The notes: generated from the letters alone by a model not told the origin. Shown: positions 30,362-39,638, counted from the first letter of the stretch. The stretch is 64,000 bases of DNA from an uncultured bacterium (GCA_965112635.1 OZ218778.1:1920001-1984000), one strand, 5' to 3'. Numbers and translations are program-made.

Positions 30362-31081
30362 ATGAAAAAGGGACTATTAATTTTGTTCGCGCCTCTTTTG
30401 TTATTTTGTATTCCAGTTTGGGCGGGCCATGAGTACACGATGGATGAAATAGTCAGTAAGGTCCAGGAGGGGAGCGGGGGCATAGGGCAAATCGACGTGA
30501 AAGTGAAAGAAACGACCCTGCAGGGGTCGGAGACCAAGCAGCGGCAGTACCGGATAAGGAAAAAAGGGGACATGGTGAGGATGGACATGGACGACCTGGG
30601 CCAGAGCATTGTCCTCAAAAACAATGAAATACAGGTAAGGGGCAGGGATAGGAAGGTCCACAAAAATAAAACTGCGGCTGGTCTGGCAGGGCAGACGATG
30701 GATAAGATATTTGGAAAAGACCTGGCGGAGATGAAAAAGGACTATGACCTGCAAATAGACAGGCAAGCCAGCCAATCAGACAAAGAACTGTATGTTGTTC
30801 TTGCGGTGCCGAAGAAGAAAAACAACTCCACCCCACCGCTGAACCTTACGGTGGACATGAACAAGGGGTTGGTCATAAAAAGCGAGCAATTAACTGATGA
30901 CCATAAGCCCTGGGTCACAACAGAAGTGTTGGATTCCGTCCAAAAGAACGGCAAGTGGGTCGTCCTTAAAACAAGAACAAAGACCAATTACAAAGGCAGG
31001 GAAAGGATCAAAGAAACCCAATTTGAGTTCAGTTCCCTGAATGAAGGGGTCAGCGATACGGATTTTGAATTAGGTCACTAA
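30362..31081 (+). CDS. LolA-like outer-membrane lipoprotein-sorting/carrier protein
   Basis: Signal peptide; beta-rich; 'YVVLAVPKK...LTVDMNKGLVIKSE' and C-terminal 'LNEGVSDTDF' are typical of LolA-like folds. Confidence 0.65.
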   Translation: MKKGLLILFAPLLLFCIPVWAGHEYTMDEIVSKVQEGSGGIGQIDVKVKETTLQGSETKQRQYRIRKKGDMVRMDMDDLGQSIVLKNNEIQVRGRDRKVHKNKTAAGLAGQTMDKIFGKDLAEMKKDYDLQIDRQASQSDKELYVVLAVPKKKNNSTPPLNLTVDMNKGLVIKSEQLTDDHKPWVTTEVLDSVQKNGKWVVLKTRTKTNYKGRERIKETQFEFSSLNEGVSDTDFELGH

Positions 31082-31125
31082 AAATATCTACTCAGTAATG
31101 AACAAGTGAAGGGTTAAGATAAAAA

Positions 31126-33273
31126 ATGTTTAAGTTAAAAAGACTGGAAATCTTTGGGCTGTTTTTCTGCCTGCTTTTGTTTTTTGGGCAAAGCGTTAGG
31201 GGAGACAACAGCTCTAACTTTATTGCCTGGCAAAAAGGGGTAAATGGCACCACGACTTATGGCCATCTTTTTTTCTACGCTTTTACGAACAATACCTCGG
31301 CCACCCTTTACGGCACCCAGGTTTCGAACGTACAGATGGACCTGCCCGCCAACTTTATATCCCAGAACAACTTTGTCAATGCCGGGACCCTGGGAGGCCA
31401 GCCCTGGAACCCCATGAATGATTTCAACACTTATTACTTTTACGTGACCTGCAGCAGTTCGGTCATCTGGGAGGCCGACGAGGACATCTACAACAGCGAC
31501 TATAACGCGGATACCTGGCTTACCTCCACGAACGGGACCGATGCAGGAACCATGTTCTTCACGCATTTGTTCAGCGACGTGGACCAGCCCGCCAACAACA
31601 ACAACGGCGAGGCTGTGGCCGTGGTCAACAATAACGCCTTTGATGTGACGGTGAATTGGGATAAGTGGAACGGCGCTGGCTGGACCAACCTGAGCGCCAA
31701 CAATGTTGTAACGGCCGGCGGGATTTGGATGACCAGCGGCACGGTGGGCGGCACCGGCACTGTCCTGGCTGATGAAAACGATTTCCGGCTCACGGCCAGC
31801 GCCAATGTCAGTGTTCTCAAGGGGTGGCTGGGAAACGGAGGCGCGGATGACTGGTGGACGGTTTCTCCGGACCTGGTGACCGGTTTAAAATACGGCACAA
31901 ACTTGGTAGGGGTCATTTCTTCGGGTCCTGGTTTAAATTTCTCCCTTTCCGCGCCGGCCGGCGGTCCCAGCGTAAACTACCAGATATTCGAGTATGTGCC
32001 CAGCGGCGCCTATCCGAACAATAACTTTATGGTCGGCAACACCAATGCCGGGTCCTGGATCATCCCTACGACCCTGGTGGGGAACGCGGGTAACATCCCG
32101 GCCGGCACCTCCGTTATTCTCAACGGCGTCAGTGCCAATGACGGGGCCAATGGTTACGGGGTAAATTTTTATAAAGTCACCGCAAGCTCAGCGATGCAGG
32201 CTGTGATGGGATGCTCCATTAGCAGCGGTTATGGAAGCATTGATTGGTTGGACAGCTCTGATAACGCGCCCAATTTTATCCCGTTAGGGAATAACTTCAT
32301 CTTTTCTTTTCAAAATGTGACGCCCTCTACTTCCAACTACAAGTATATAACCTCGTTCATGCCCAATCCCGGCACCACCGGCACCCTGACCATAACCAAC
32401 ATCAACGGCACTCCCTGCAACGGCCTCGTGAGCTACGATAACAGTTCTCCGTCGGTGTTCACCGGGGTTATTCCGGGCCAGCCCGTGCAAACCTGGTCCC
32501 AGACCAGCACGGTTCCCAATGAACCCCTGGTCTGGCAGTTCTACGGCTGCGCAGCCCAGCAACAGTATACAGTGAAATTCAGCGTGACCGGAGGCACAGG
32601 AACCTGTGCTTTTGACCCGGATGGTTGTGCTGATGCCAACTGGTTCCCCAACAATGCCTGGCGTATGAGCGGTATGGTGCCGCCTGTCTTGACCAACACG
32701 TCTACTTCCACTCCCACCTCGAGTCCGACCCCGGGCCCTACGGGGACTTTCACGGCCACGGCGACCATCACCAACACACCGTCCCAGACCGGGACCAGCA
32801 CAAATACCCCCACCATCACCACCACAGCCACCGACACGGTCACAGGGAGTTCCACCCAGACCTCTTCAGCGACCCTGACCCCGTCGCCGACCCTGACCTC
32901 TTCTCAAACCGTTACGCCGAGCCTGACCAGCACGCCCTCGGCGACCAGCACGCCGGTGCCGCCTATCTACATCTATCCCAATATCTTTAATCCCGACAAA
33001 GGGGAAAAGGTCAAATTCTGGGGAATACCGGCGGGCAGCAAAGTCGTCATCTATGACCTGAGCACGGAATTTGTCTGGCGCAGCGCCCTGTCCGGCTCCA
33101 ATGACCTGACGATCGTTTGGGACGGACGGAATATGCAGGGTAATTTGGTGGCCCAGGGGATATATTTTTACATCCTGGAGATGTGGGACAGCCCCGCGCA
33201 CAACTTGATCAATAAAAAAACGGGCCATATAGGCGTGCTCCGGGAAGGCGGTTGGAATGACCAAATGCGGTAG
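31126..33273 (+). CDS. Secreted Thr-stalk protein, head type 3 (unassigned Asn/Gly-rich beta domains) with short CTD
   Basis: Signal peptide; stalk; 'IYIYPNIFNPDKGEKVKFWGIP...GHIGVLR'. Confidence 0.85.
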   Translation: MFKLKRLEIFGLFFCLLLFFGQSVRGDNSSNFIAWQKGVNGTTTYGHLFFYAFTNNTSATLYGTQVSNVQMDLPANFISQNNFVNAGTLGGQPWNPMNDFNTYYFYVTCSSSVIWEADEDIYNSDYNADTWLTSTNGTDAGTMFFTHLFSDVDQPANNNNGEAVAVVNNNAFDVTVNWDKWNGAGWTNLSANNVVTAGGIWMTSGTVGGTGTVLADENDFRLTASANVSVLKGWLGNGGADDWWTVSPDLVTGLKYGTNLVGVISSGPGLNFSLSAPAGGPSVNYQIFEYVPSGAYPNNNFMVGNTNAGSWIIPTTLVGNAGNIPAGTSVILNGVSANDGANGYGVNFYKVTASSAMQAVMGCSISSGYGSIDWLDSSDNAPNFIPLGNNFIFSFQNVTPSTSNYKYITSFMPNPGTTGTLTITNINGTPCNGLVSYDNSSPSVFTGVIPGQPVQTWSQTSTVPNEPLVWQFYGCAAQQQYTVKFSVTGGTGTCAFDPDGCADANWFPNNAWRMSGMVPPVLTNTSTSTPTSSPTPGPTGTFTATATITNTPSQTGTSTNTPTITTTATDTVTGSSTQTSSATLTPSPTLTSSQTVTPSLTSTPSATSTPVPPIYIYPNIFNPDKGEKVKFWGIPAGSKVVIYDLSTEFVWRSALSGSNDLTIVWDGRNMQGNLVAQGIYFYILEMWDSPAHNLINKKTGHIGVLREGGWNDQMR

Positions 33274-36211
33274 GGGCCTTGCAGTCTTATGCGCCGTCCT
33301 GTTTTTATTCCTGGGGCGCCATGCCTGGGGCGATAATATCAACCCGTATATTATCTGGCAGCAAGGGCAAAACACCACCGCGGACGTTGCCCTTCTCACG
33401 CTCTTTCCTTTTAATGACGGCACCATTATTCAACTTTACGGCACTAATGTTTCTGACGTGCAGATCGACCAGCCGGGCAATTTACTGGCCGTAGGCAACT
33501 TTCCCCTCGCGGGAACCGGCTTTGGAGGGAGCGGCACGGATGGCCAGCCCTGGGCCCCGATCAACAAGTTCGCCTCAGAATATTTTTACGTCAAAAGCAA
33601 CAGTCCCGTCATCTGGCAGATCGAAGATGACTTGTATAGTTCGTCGTATGGTTGTGATACCTGGCTGACCTCAACGAACGCCACCTGTTCCGGCACCAGG
33701 TTTTTTACCCATTTGGAAGCTGTCATCGACGACCCTGTCAACCCGAATGTAGGGGACAATATCGCCGTGGTCAATAATAACGCCTTTAATGTGACGGTCA
33801 GCCTGGACAAATGGAATGGGGCCGGCTGGACCAATCTTACCGCCGGAAACGTGGTTCAGGCGAACGGCATCTGGATGATCGGCGGCAGTACGATGAATCC
33901 TTTGTATCCGGGCGCCACCGGCACAGTCCTGGCGGATGCGGGAGATTACCGCATCACGGCCACTGGAGGCAATGTTTGTGTTTGGAAAGGGTTCCTGGGA
34001 AATGCATCTAACGTCGACTGCTGGTGTGTGTCCCCGGACATGGGTACCGGCTTAAAATACGGCACCAACCTGATAGGCGTTGATTCCATTCAATACGCTA
34101 ATAACTACAATATCATTCTCAGCGCGCCGGCCGGGGGGCCCGCGGTAAACTACCAGATATTCCAATACGTGCCTACCGGAGGCAATCCAGCCTATCCAGT
34201 CCAAAACTATATGGTCGGCAATACCAATTCCGGCACCTGGATCGTTCCCAACAGGCTGTGGGTTTTTCCGGCAGTTTTGGGCGCCAATGTCGGGGTCATC
34301 CAGCCAGGAACTTCCGTATTCATTAACGGCATCAGTGGAAATAACCGGACGAATTTTGGGGCCTTGGCGAACTTTTATAACATCCAGGCCGACCACCCCA
34401 TCCAAGCCGTGCTGGGAGACAATATATGTTCCCTGTGGGGCGCTACGGATTGGTTCCCCAGTTCGGACCAAAATCTCTTTTTTAGCCCGGATGGGAATGA
34501 CTTTATTGTTTCGTGGTCAGGCGTTCCCTCGCCCAATACCCCCAGGTATATTTCCACGGTTCTGGCCAATCCCGGAACCACGGCCACCCTCACCACCTTT
34601 ACCAACGGCTCGCCTTTGGTAGCCTACAACGGCATTTATGGCCATACCAATAACCCCATGGGGACCATTACAGGCATTCCGGCCACGAACTCCTATGCCC
34701 AGACCAGCACGGTTCCCAATGAGCCCCTGGTCTGGCAAGTCGGCAGGGACGGGACCCAATATATGGAGGAAACTTTTCAATTCACCATAACCAACGGGAC
34801 AGGATGCTGTTTTTTTAGCCCGGAAGGAGAGCCGGCCCCGGTAGGGGCCGTGGTGTATGACAATAATGCCTGGGTCATGTCCGGCATCGCGACAGGGGTC
34901 ACGGCTACCTTTACCTCCACGCCCACCTGCACCGCAACTGCTACCGACACTTCCACTCCGGGGCCGTCCCAGACTTCTACAAACACCCCGACTGTTTCTC
35001 CCACTCCCACCATCACCAATACCTCCACGGATACGGGAACACCCTCGGCTACTTCCACGCCGACGGTTTTGCTCAGCCCGACCAATACGGACACGGTCAC
35101 TGTTTCAGGGACCGCCACTGATACCTCGACTATTACTTTGACCCCCACCGTGACCATTACTTCTTCCCAGACTTTGACCTCTTCCTTGACCTTCACCCCT
35201 TCCAAGTCTTTTACCCAGACCAATACCGCCACCGTGACCGCCACGAGCACGCCGGTGATGACCGACCTGAGGTTGAAGATCTACAATGAAGCCGGGGAGG
35301 TGGTCAAAACTTTCAATGATGTGCTGGTCCTGGGGGCCTTGAGCGGCATCCAGCTCGCCTCGGGGAGCGGCTCGGTTAATTTTGACCCCAGCAGCGGCAT
35401 CTTTGACATCGAGGTCCAGAGCAAGGGGAACGTGTACCATGTGCCGTGGGACGGGAAGAGCGACCTGGGAAATACCGTGGACAGCGGGGGGTACGTGCTC
35501 AAGGGAGAGGTGCCCGGGCAGGATGCGACCATCACCATGCCCGTGACGGTCTTCAAGGCCGGGAATCTCCTGACCATCGGCGTGTATACCCCCAGCGGGG
35601 AACTGGTCAAGCAGTTGTATGAAAGCTACCTGGTCCTGGGCCAGCTCGGCAGCATGAAATTGAGCACCAACGTGCTGACAGTGAACGACAAGAACAAAAA
35701 GACGGTGAGTATTGGCATAGGGGCCGTTTCCGAAACAGGAACCTCCTATCTGGAGGACGACGTTGGATTCCTGGACCTGAACCGCATCTTTTGGGACGGC
35801 ACCAACAGCCTGGGCAGTTTCGTGCAGAGCGGGGAATACCTGGTCAAGATCGAGCAAACCTACAACCACAATCATGACGTGGTGGTGCAAAGCGTGACGG
35901 TGCTGGTTTCCTCGTTCAGCGGGTTCATGGACGCTTCGGTGTATCCCAACCCGTACATCAGCACGCCGGACCAGAAGGTATGGTTCAAGGTCACCCTGCA
36001 GGACAATGCCGACGTCAGAGTGAGGATCTATGACGTGGTCGGGGAACTGGTCAACACCCTCAGCAGTCCGGGGGCGGGCCCCGGTCCGGCCAGCCTGGGG
36101 TGGTACGTGGGAGGGGTGGCGAGTGGGCTTTACATAGGCGTCGTGGAGGCCAAGTCCCTGGTGAGCGGAGAGATCCAGAAAAAACAGCTAAAGATCAGTA
36201 TCGTCAAGTAG
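33257..36211 (+). CDS. Secreted Thr-stalk protein, head type 3 with long CTD
   Basis: Head is homologous to 31126..33273 (DTWLTSTN, AVVNNNAF, DKWNGAGWTNL, QTSTVPNEPLVWQ); long tail nearly identical to that of 27329..30280. Confidence 0.85.
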   Translation: MTKCGRGLAVLCAVLFLFLGRHAWGDNINPYIIWQQGQNTTADVALLTLFPFNDGTIIQLYGTNVSDVQIDQPGNLLAVGNFPLAGTGFGGSGTDGQPWAPINKFASEYFYVKSNSPVIWQIEDDLYSSSYGCDTWLTSTNATCSGTRFFTHLEAVIDDPVNPNVGDNIAVVNNNAFNVTVSLDKWNGAGWTNLTAGNVVQANGIWMIGGSTMNPLYPGATGTVLADAGDYRITATGGNVCVWKGFLGNASNVDCWCVSPDMGTGLKYGTNLIGVDSIQYANNYNIILSAPAGGPAVNYQIFQYVPTGGNPAYPVQNYMVGNTNSGTWIVPNRLWVFPAVLGANVGVIQPGTSVFINGISGNNRTNFGALANFYNIQADHPIQAVLGDNICSLWGATDWFPSSDQNLFFSPDGNDFIVSWSGVPSPNTPRYISTVLANPGTTATLTTFTNGSPLVAYNGIYGHTNNPMGTITGIPATNSYAQTSTVPNEPLVWQVGRDGTQYMEETFQFTITNGTGCCFFSPEGEPAPVGAVVYDNNAWVMSGIATGVTATFTSTPTCTATATDTSTPGPSQTSTNTPTVSPTPTITNTSTDTGTPSATSTPTVLLSPTNTDTVTVSGTATDTSTITLTPTVTITSSQTLTSSLTFTPSKSFTQTNTATVTATSTPVMTDLRLKIYNEAGEVVKTFNDVLVLGALSGIQLASGSGSVNFDPSSGIFDIEVQSKGNVYHVPWDGKSDLGNTVDSGGYVLKGEVPGQDATITMPVTVFKAGNLLTIGVYTPSGELVKQLYESYLVLGQLGSMKLSTNVLTVNDKNKKTVSIGIGAVSETGTSYLEDDVGFLDLNRIFWDGTNSLGSFVQSGEYLVKIEQTYNHNHDVVVQSVTVLVSSFSGFMDASVYPNPYISTPDQKVWFKVTLQDNADVRVRIYDVVGELVNTLSSPGAGPGPASLGWYVGGVASGLYIGVVEAKSLVSGEIQKKQLKISIVK
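35909..36103 (+). repeat. 195-bp exact direct repeat, copy 2
   Basis: Identical by eye to 29978-30172. Confidence 0.85.
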
Positions 36212-36256
36212 ACCGGCCTCTTTATCCATTAAATCGTCGCGAGGAAAACTAAAAGC

Positions 36257-38143
36257 ATGGCTGTGGTCATCTATCTTTTGATAGCGGTAGCGACCCTGGT
36301 GTACGCCCAACCCGTGGAAGTGTGGACCATCCAGGAACTGGCCGTACTGCTTTTGGCAGGCTGGGGATTTATCCTTGCCCTCAAAGAGCTGGGCAGGAAA
36401 GAGGGTAAGGGCTGGCTCCTGACGCCTCTTGATCCGGGTTTCCTTGTCTTTTTAGTTGTTGTGTTGGCCGCCAGCCTGTTCTCCACGAACCAACAGGAGA
36501 GTTTTTTTTACTTCCGCAGGCTGCTGGGGCTCTGGTTCATTTTTTATACCTCCTTGTTCCTGGGCCAGGAGCCGGGCCGGACCCGGCGGGTCGTCCTGTT
36601 CATGGTCCTTGCCGGCGTTGCGCTGGCTTTTTGGGCCCTGGTGGAAACAGCCCTCCTGAGCATAGCGCACAGGCCCATGGCCAGCCAGACCAACCCCAAT
36701 CATCTGGCCGCTTTTTTGACGATCTGTGTTTTGTTGGCCATCCCGGTCCTTTTAAACCCCGGCGATTTTTTTAAAATCAGTAGCAGGAACCAAAGACTGG
36801 CCAGGCTGTCCGTTCTCCTGGGGCTGACCCTGTTCTTCTGCGTCATCCTGCTGACCCAGTCCCGGGGGGCGGTGTGCGGCTTGGGAGCGGGACTGGCGGT
36901 TTATTGTTCATCCAAAAGGTTCCGCAAGGAGTTCATTGCCGCGAAGCTATATTGGCTGGCTATCCCGGTGGTCTTGGCGGCGGGGTTCATGGCCTGGCCT
37001 CTGGTCAAGCGGGTCTTTATCGACCAGGAGGCTTTGGCTTACAGCAGGGTCCTGTTGTGGAAAAGCGCTTGGCAAATGTTTCTGGCCCATCCCTGGCTGG
37101 GAGCCGGGCCCGGAGCGTTCAGCGACGTCTATCCAAAGTACCGGGACAGCTCTTTGTGGCTGTACGCCACTCCCTTCGCCCACAATGAATACCTGCAAAT
37201 CCTGGCTGAGGCAGGCCTTTTGGGGCTGGCTAGCTTTTTATGGTTGGCGGCTGTTTTGCTCAAAGAAGGGGTCAGCCAGGCTTACGCGGCCCGGCCCGCA
37301 GAGGCCGGCCAGGGCTGGCTGGGCTTGTCCCTGCTCGCCTGCCTGGTTGCCGGCTTTGTCCAGGCTTTGGTCGAGTTCAACTTCCATCCCCTGGCTTTGG
37401 CGGTCAGTTACACGGTCTTGGCCGGCTTGCTGGTCAGCCTGACGCCCAGACGGGGGCCTTTTTTACCTAAGGAAAAGGCGGGCCGGGCTCCCCTGGCCGT
37501 TGTTTTTGTGGTCATATGTTTCAGCTTCGTGACCTTGGCCTGGGCCATAAGCAATTTAGCCTATATGGCGGGCTATTACGATTCCCAAAAACAGAACCCG
37601 GACCAGGCCATCGTCTGGTTTGAAAGGGCCACCCAGTTCTCGCCGATGTTCGCCCAGGCCTATAACAGCCTGGGCAAAGAATACAGCCAGAAGGCCTGGG
37701 ACTTGGAAAAGGGGGTTAAGGCCAATCCCCCTCAAGGTCCAAAGGTTCAAAACCCGGAGGCAGCCGATTATCTGCGTCAAGCCGAGAAAGCGTTGTTCCA
37801 GGCGGTCAGCCTGAACCCCAGCCAATACGAGTATTTCAACAGTTTGGCCGAGTTTTACAGGGACCAGAACAGGCTGGACGAGGCGGTCCTGATGATGGAC
37901 AAAACCATCCGGCTCAACCCCAACCACCCTTTACCCTATTTCGCCAAAGCCAAGTATTTGGAGGGTTTAAATAGGTGGCCTGAGGCCATCCAGACCCTGG
38001 GGCAGGCCAAAGGGGTAGAGCCCAATTTGCCGATGATCTACCAGGAATTGGCCAAGTGCTACCAACATACCCATCAGAAAAAACTGTCCCAAGAAAACCA
38101 GCAAAAAGCCGCGGAATTGACCAAACAACTGAGCCTTCCCTGA
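36257..38143 (+). CDS. O-antigen ligase / O-oligosaccharyltransferase (Wzy_C) with C-terminal TPR repeats
   Basis: NPNHLA, LTQSRGA, 'SRVLLWKSAWQMF..HPWLGAGPGAF', AHNEYLQILAEAG, followed by TPRs. Confidence 0.88.
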   Translation: MAVVIYLLIAVATLVYAQPVEVWTIQELAVLLLAGWGFILALKELGRKEGKGWLLTPLDPGFLVFLVVVLAASLFSTNQQESFFYFRRLLGLWFIFYTSLFLGQEPGRTRRVVLFMVLAGVALAFWALVETALLSIAHRPMASQTNPNHLAAFLTICVLLAIPVLLNPGDFFKISSRNQRLARLSVLLGLTLFFCVILLTQSRGAVCGLGAGLAVYCSSKRFRKEFIAAKLYWLAIPVVLAAGFMAWPLVKRVFIDQEALAYSRVLLWKSAWQMFLAHPWLGAGPGAFSDVYPKYRDSSLWLYATPFAHNEYLQILAEAGLLGLASFLWLAAVLLKEGVSQAYAARPAEAGQGWLGLSLLACLVAGFVQALVEFNFHPLALAVSYTVLAGLLVSLTPRRGPFLPKEKAGRAPLAVVFVVICFSFVTLAWAISNLAYMAGYYDSQKQNPDQAIVWFERATQFSPMFAQAYNSLGKEYSQKAWDLEKGVKANPPQGPKVQNPEAADYLRQAEKALFQAVSLNPSQYEYFNSLAEFYRDQNRLDEAVLMMDKTIRLNPNHPLPYFAKAKYLEGLNRWPEAIQTLGQAKGVEPNLPMIYQELAKCYQHTHQKKLSQENQQKAAELTKQLSLP

Positions 38144-38154
38144 ACGAATAGTCC

Positions 38155-38186
38155 GCTGAAAAAGTCCATTTAGGGACTTTTTCAGC
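38155..38186. terminator. 13-bp perfect hairpin after the O-ligase gene (terminator or part of a MITE)
   Basis: GCTGAAAAAGTCC-ATTTAG-GGACTTTTTCAGC. Confidence 0.55.
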
Positions 38187-38232
38187 TCACTAAGAAGGAT
38201 GCAACTCCTCGATCGCCGGAGGCGTCTCGGAG

Positions 38233-38281
38233 TAGCAGTCTGCTGCATAGTTATGAAATAACACTTTTAAGCAGACTGCTA
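38233..38281. repeat. 12-bp inverted repeat TAGCAGTCTGCT/AGCAGACTGCTA (MITE/REP-like)
   Basis: Arms at 38233-38244 and 38270-38281; related to the arms at 40979-41085. Confidence 0.55.
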
Positions 38282-38410
38282 ATCAAAACAACTCAAAAAA
38301 GAATCAAAAACATCAATTTTTGTTTAAGTTTTGGATAATTTTGGTATATTCATTGCTTTGCTTTATTTGTTGGGTTAGAATTTACCGTTAGTTCATTGAG
38401 GAGGTTAGGG

Positions 38411-38974
38411 ATGGGCGTTACCAATACCACCGAAGTCCGCGGCGGCGACCTCATTATTTTAGACGGCATAGTCTATGAGGTCGTGGAAAGACAGCACGTC
38501 AAGCCGGGCAAAGGCGGGGCTTTTGTCAGACTGAAGATCAGGAACGTCAAGCAGGGCAATGTGATCGACAAGACCATGAACGCCGGGGTCAAGCTGGATA
38601 CCCCGGATGTCGAGCAAAAAGACGTGCAATACCTTTATAATACCGGCAAAGAATTCCATTTCATGGACCAGGCCACCTATGAACAGTTCGCCTTTTCCGA
38701 GGAAACCCTCGGGGATTCCAAAAAATTCCTCAAACCCGACATGTCCCTGCAGGTGATGATGCACGGGGGGGATGTCCTGGGTATCAAACTGCCTATCACC
38801 GTGGAGCTCAAAATCACGGAAACAGGCCCGGATTTCCGGGGTAACACGGCTTCCGGCAGCAACAAGCCGGCCACCCTGGAAACCGGGGCGGTCATCCAGG
38901 TCCCCTTCTTTATCAAGACCGGCGAAATGGTCCGGGTAGACACCCGCACCGGCGGGTATATCGAAAGGGTCTAG
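38411..38974 (+). CDS. efp: Elongation factor P
   Basis: HVKPGKGGAFV, KPATLETGA, VPFFI, VDTRTGGYIER. Confidence 0.97.
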   Translation: MGVTNTTEVRGGDLIILDGIVYEVVERQHVKPGKGGAFVRLKIRNVKQGNVIDKTMNAGVKLDTPDVEQKDVQYLYNTGKEFHFMDQATYEQFAFSEETLGDSKKFLKPDMSLQVMMHGGDVLGIKLPITVELKITETGPDFRGNTASGSNKPATLETGAVIQVPFFIKTGEMVRVDTRTGGYIERV

Positions 38975-39009
38975 ACCCTATCCCACAAGAAAAGCACAGG
39001 AGGCCAACC

Positions 39010-39573
39010 GTGGCTGAAAAGATAGACAAGAACTTGAATGTCAAAGCCATCAAAAAGATCATCGCCATGATGTCCAAGCAGGGCCTGACCGAGCTGGATA
39101 TTGAACAGGAAGGCATCAAGATACACCTCAAAAAAGGGGCGAAAGAAGCGTCGGCCGCGGGGGTGGGCGGCACCATATCCTACATCCCCATCCAGTCCAT
39201 GTCCGCGGCTCCTAGCCAGGCGGCCCCGGCCGCGGCCCCCAGCAGCGTCCCGGCAGCGGAGGCGCCTCCTGCTCCAGCCCCGGCACCCGCTCCAGCGGAA
39301 AAAGAGCTGGCGACCATCACCTCTCCCATGGTAGGCACCTATTACTCCTCTCCCGGGCCCGAGGCTCCCGCCTTTATCAATGTGGGCGACGCGTTGAAAG
39401 TGGGGCAGACCCTGTGCATCATCGAGGCCATGAAGCTGATGAACGAAGTTAAAGCCGAGATATCCGGCAAGCTGGCGCAGATCTTGGTGGAGAACGGCCA
39501 GCCCGTGGAGTTCGGCCAAAAATTGTTCCTGGTCGAGCCGGACAAGGGCGCATCCGAGCCGGTTACCGTCTAA
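39010..39573 (+). CDS. accB: Acetyl-CoA carboxylase biotin carboxyl carrier protein
   Basis: Ala/Pro linker, SPMVGTYY, IIEAMKLMNE biotinylation motif. Confidence 0.97.
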   Translation: MAEKIDKNLNVKAIKKIIAMMSKQGLTELDIEQEGIKIHLKKGAKEASAAGVGGTISYIPIQSMSAAPSQAAPAAAPSSVPAAEAPPAPAPAPAPAEKELATITSPMVGTYYSSPGPEAPAFINVGDALKVGQTLCIIEAMKLMNEVKAEISGKLAQILVENGQPVEFGQKLFLVEPDKGASEPVTV

Positions 39574-39638
39574 ACGATCACCCAAGCAAAACACTCGTTC
39601 CGCGGGCCAGGCCGGCCTGAGTATCCGAAGGAGGCTGT

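Noticed and set aside
20141-36211. Diversity-generating retroelement or shufflon behind the repeated tails
   Set aside because: No reverse transcriptase or recombinase is in the window, all genes are co-oriented, and differences between repeats are not obviously adenine-specific.
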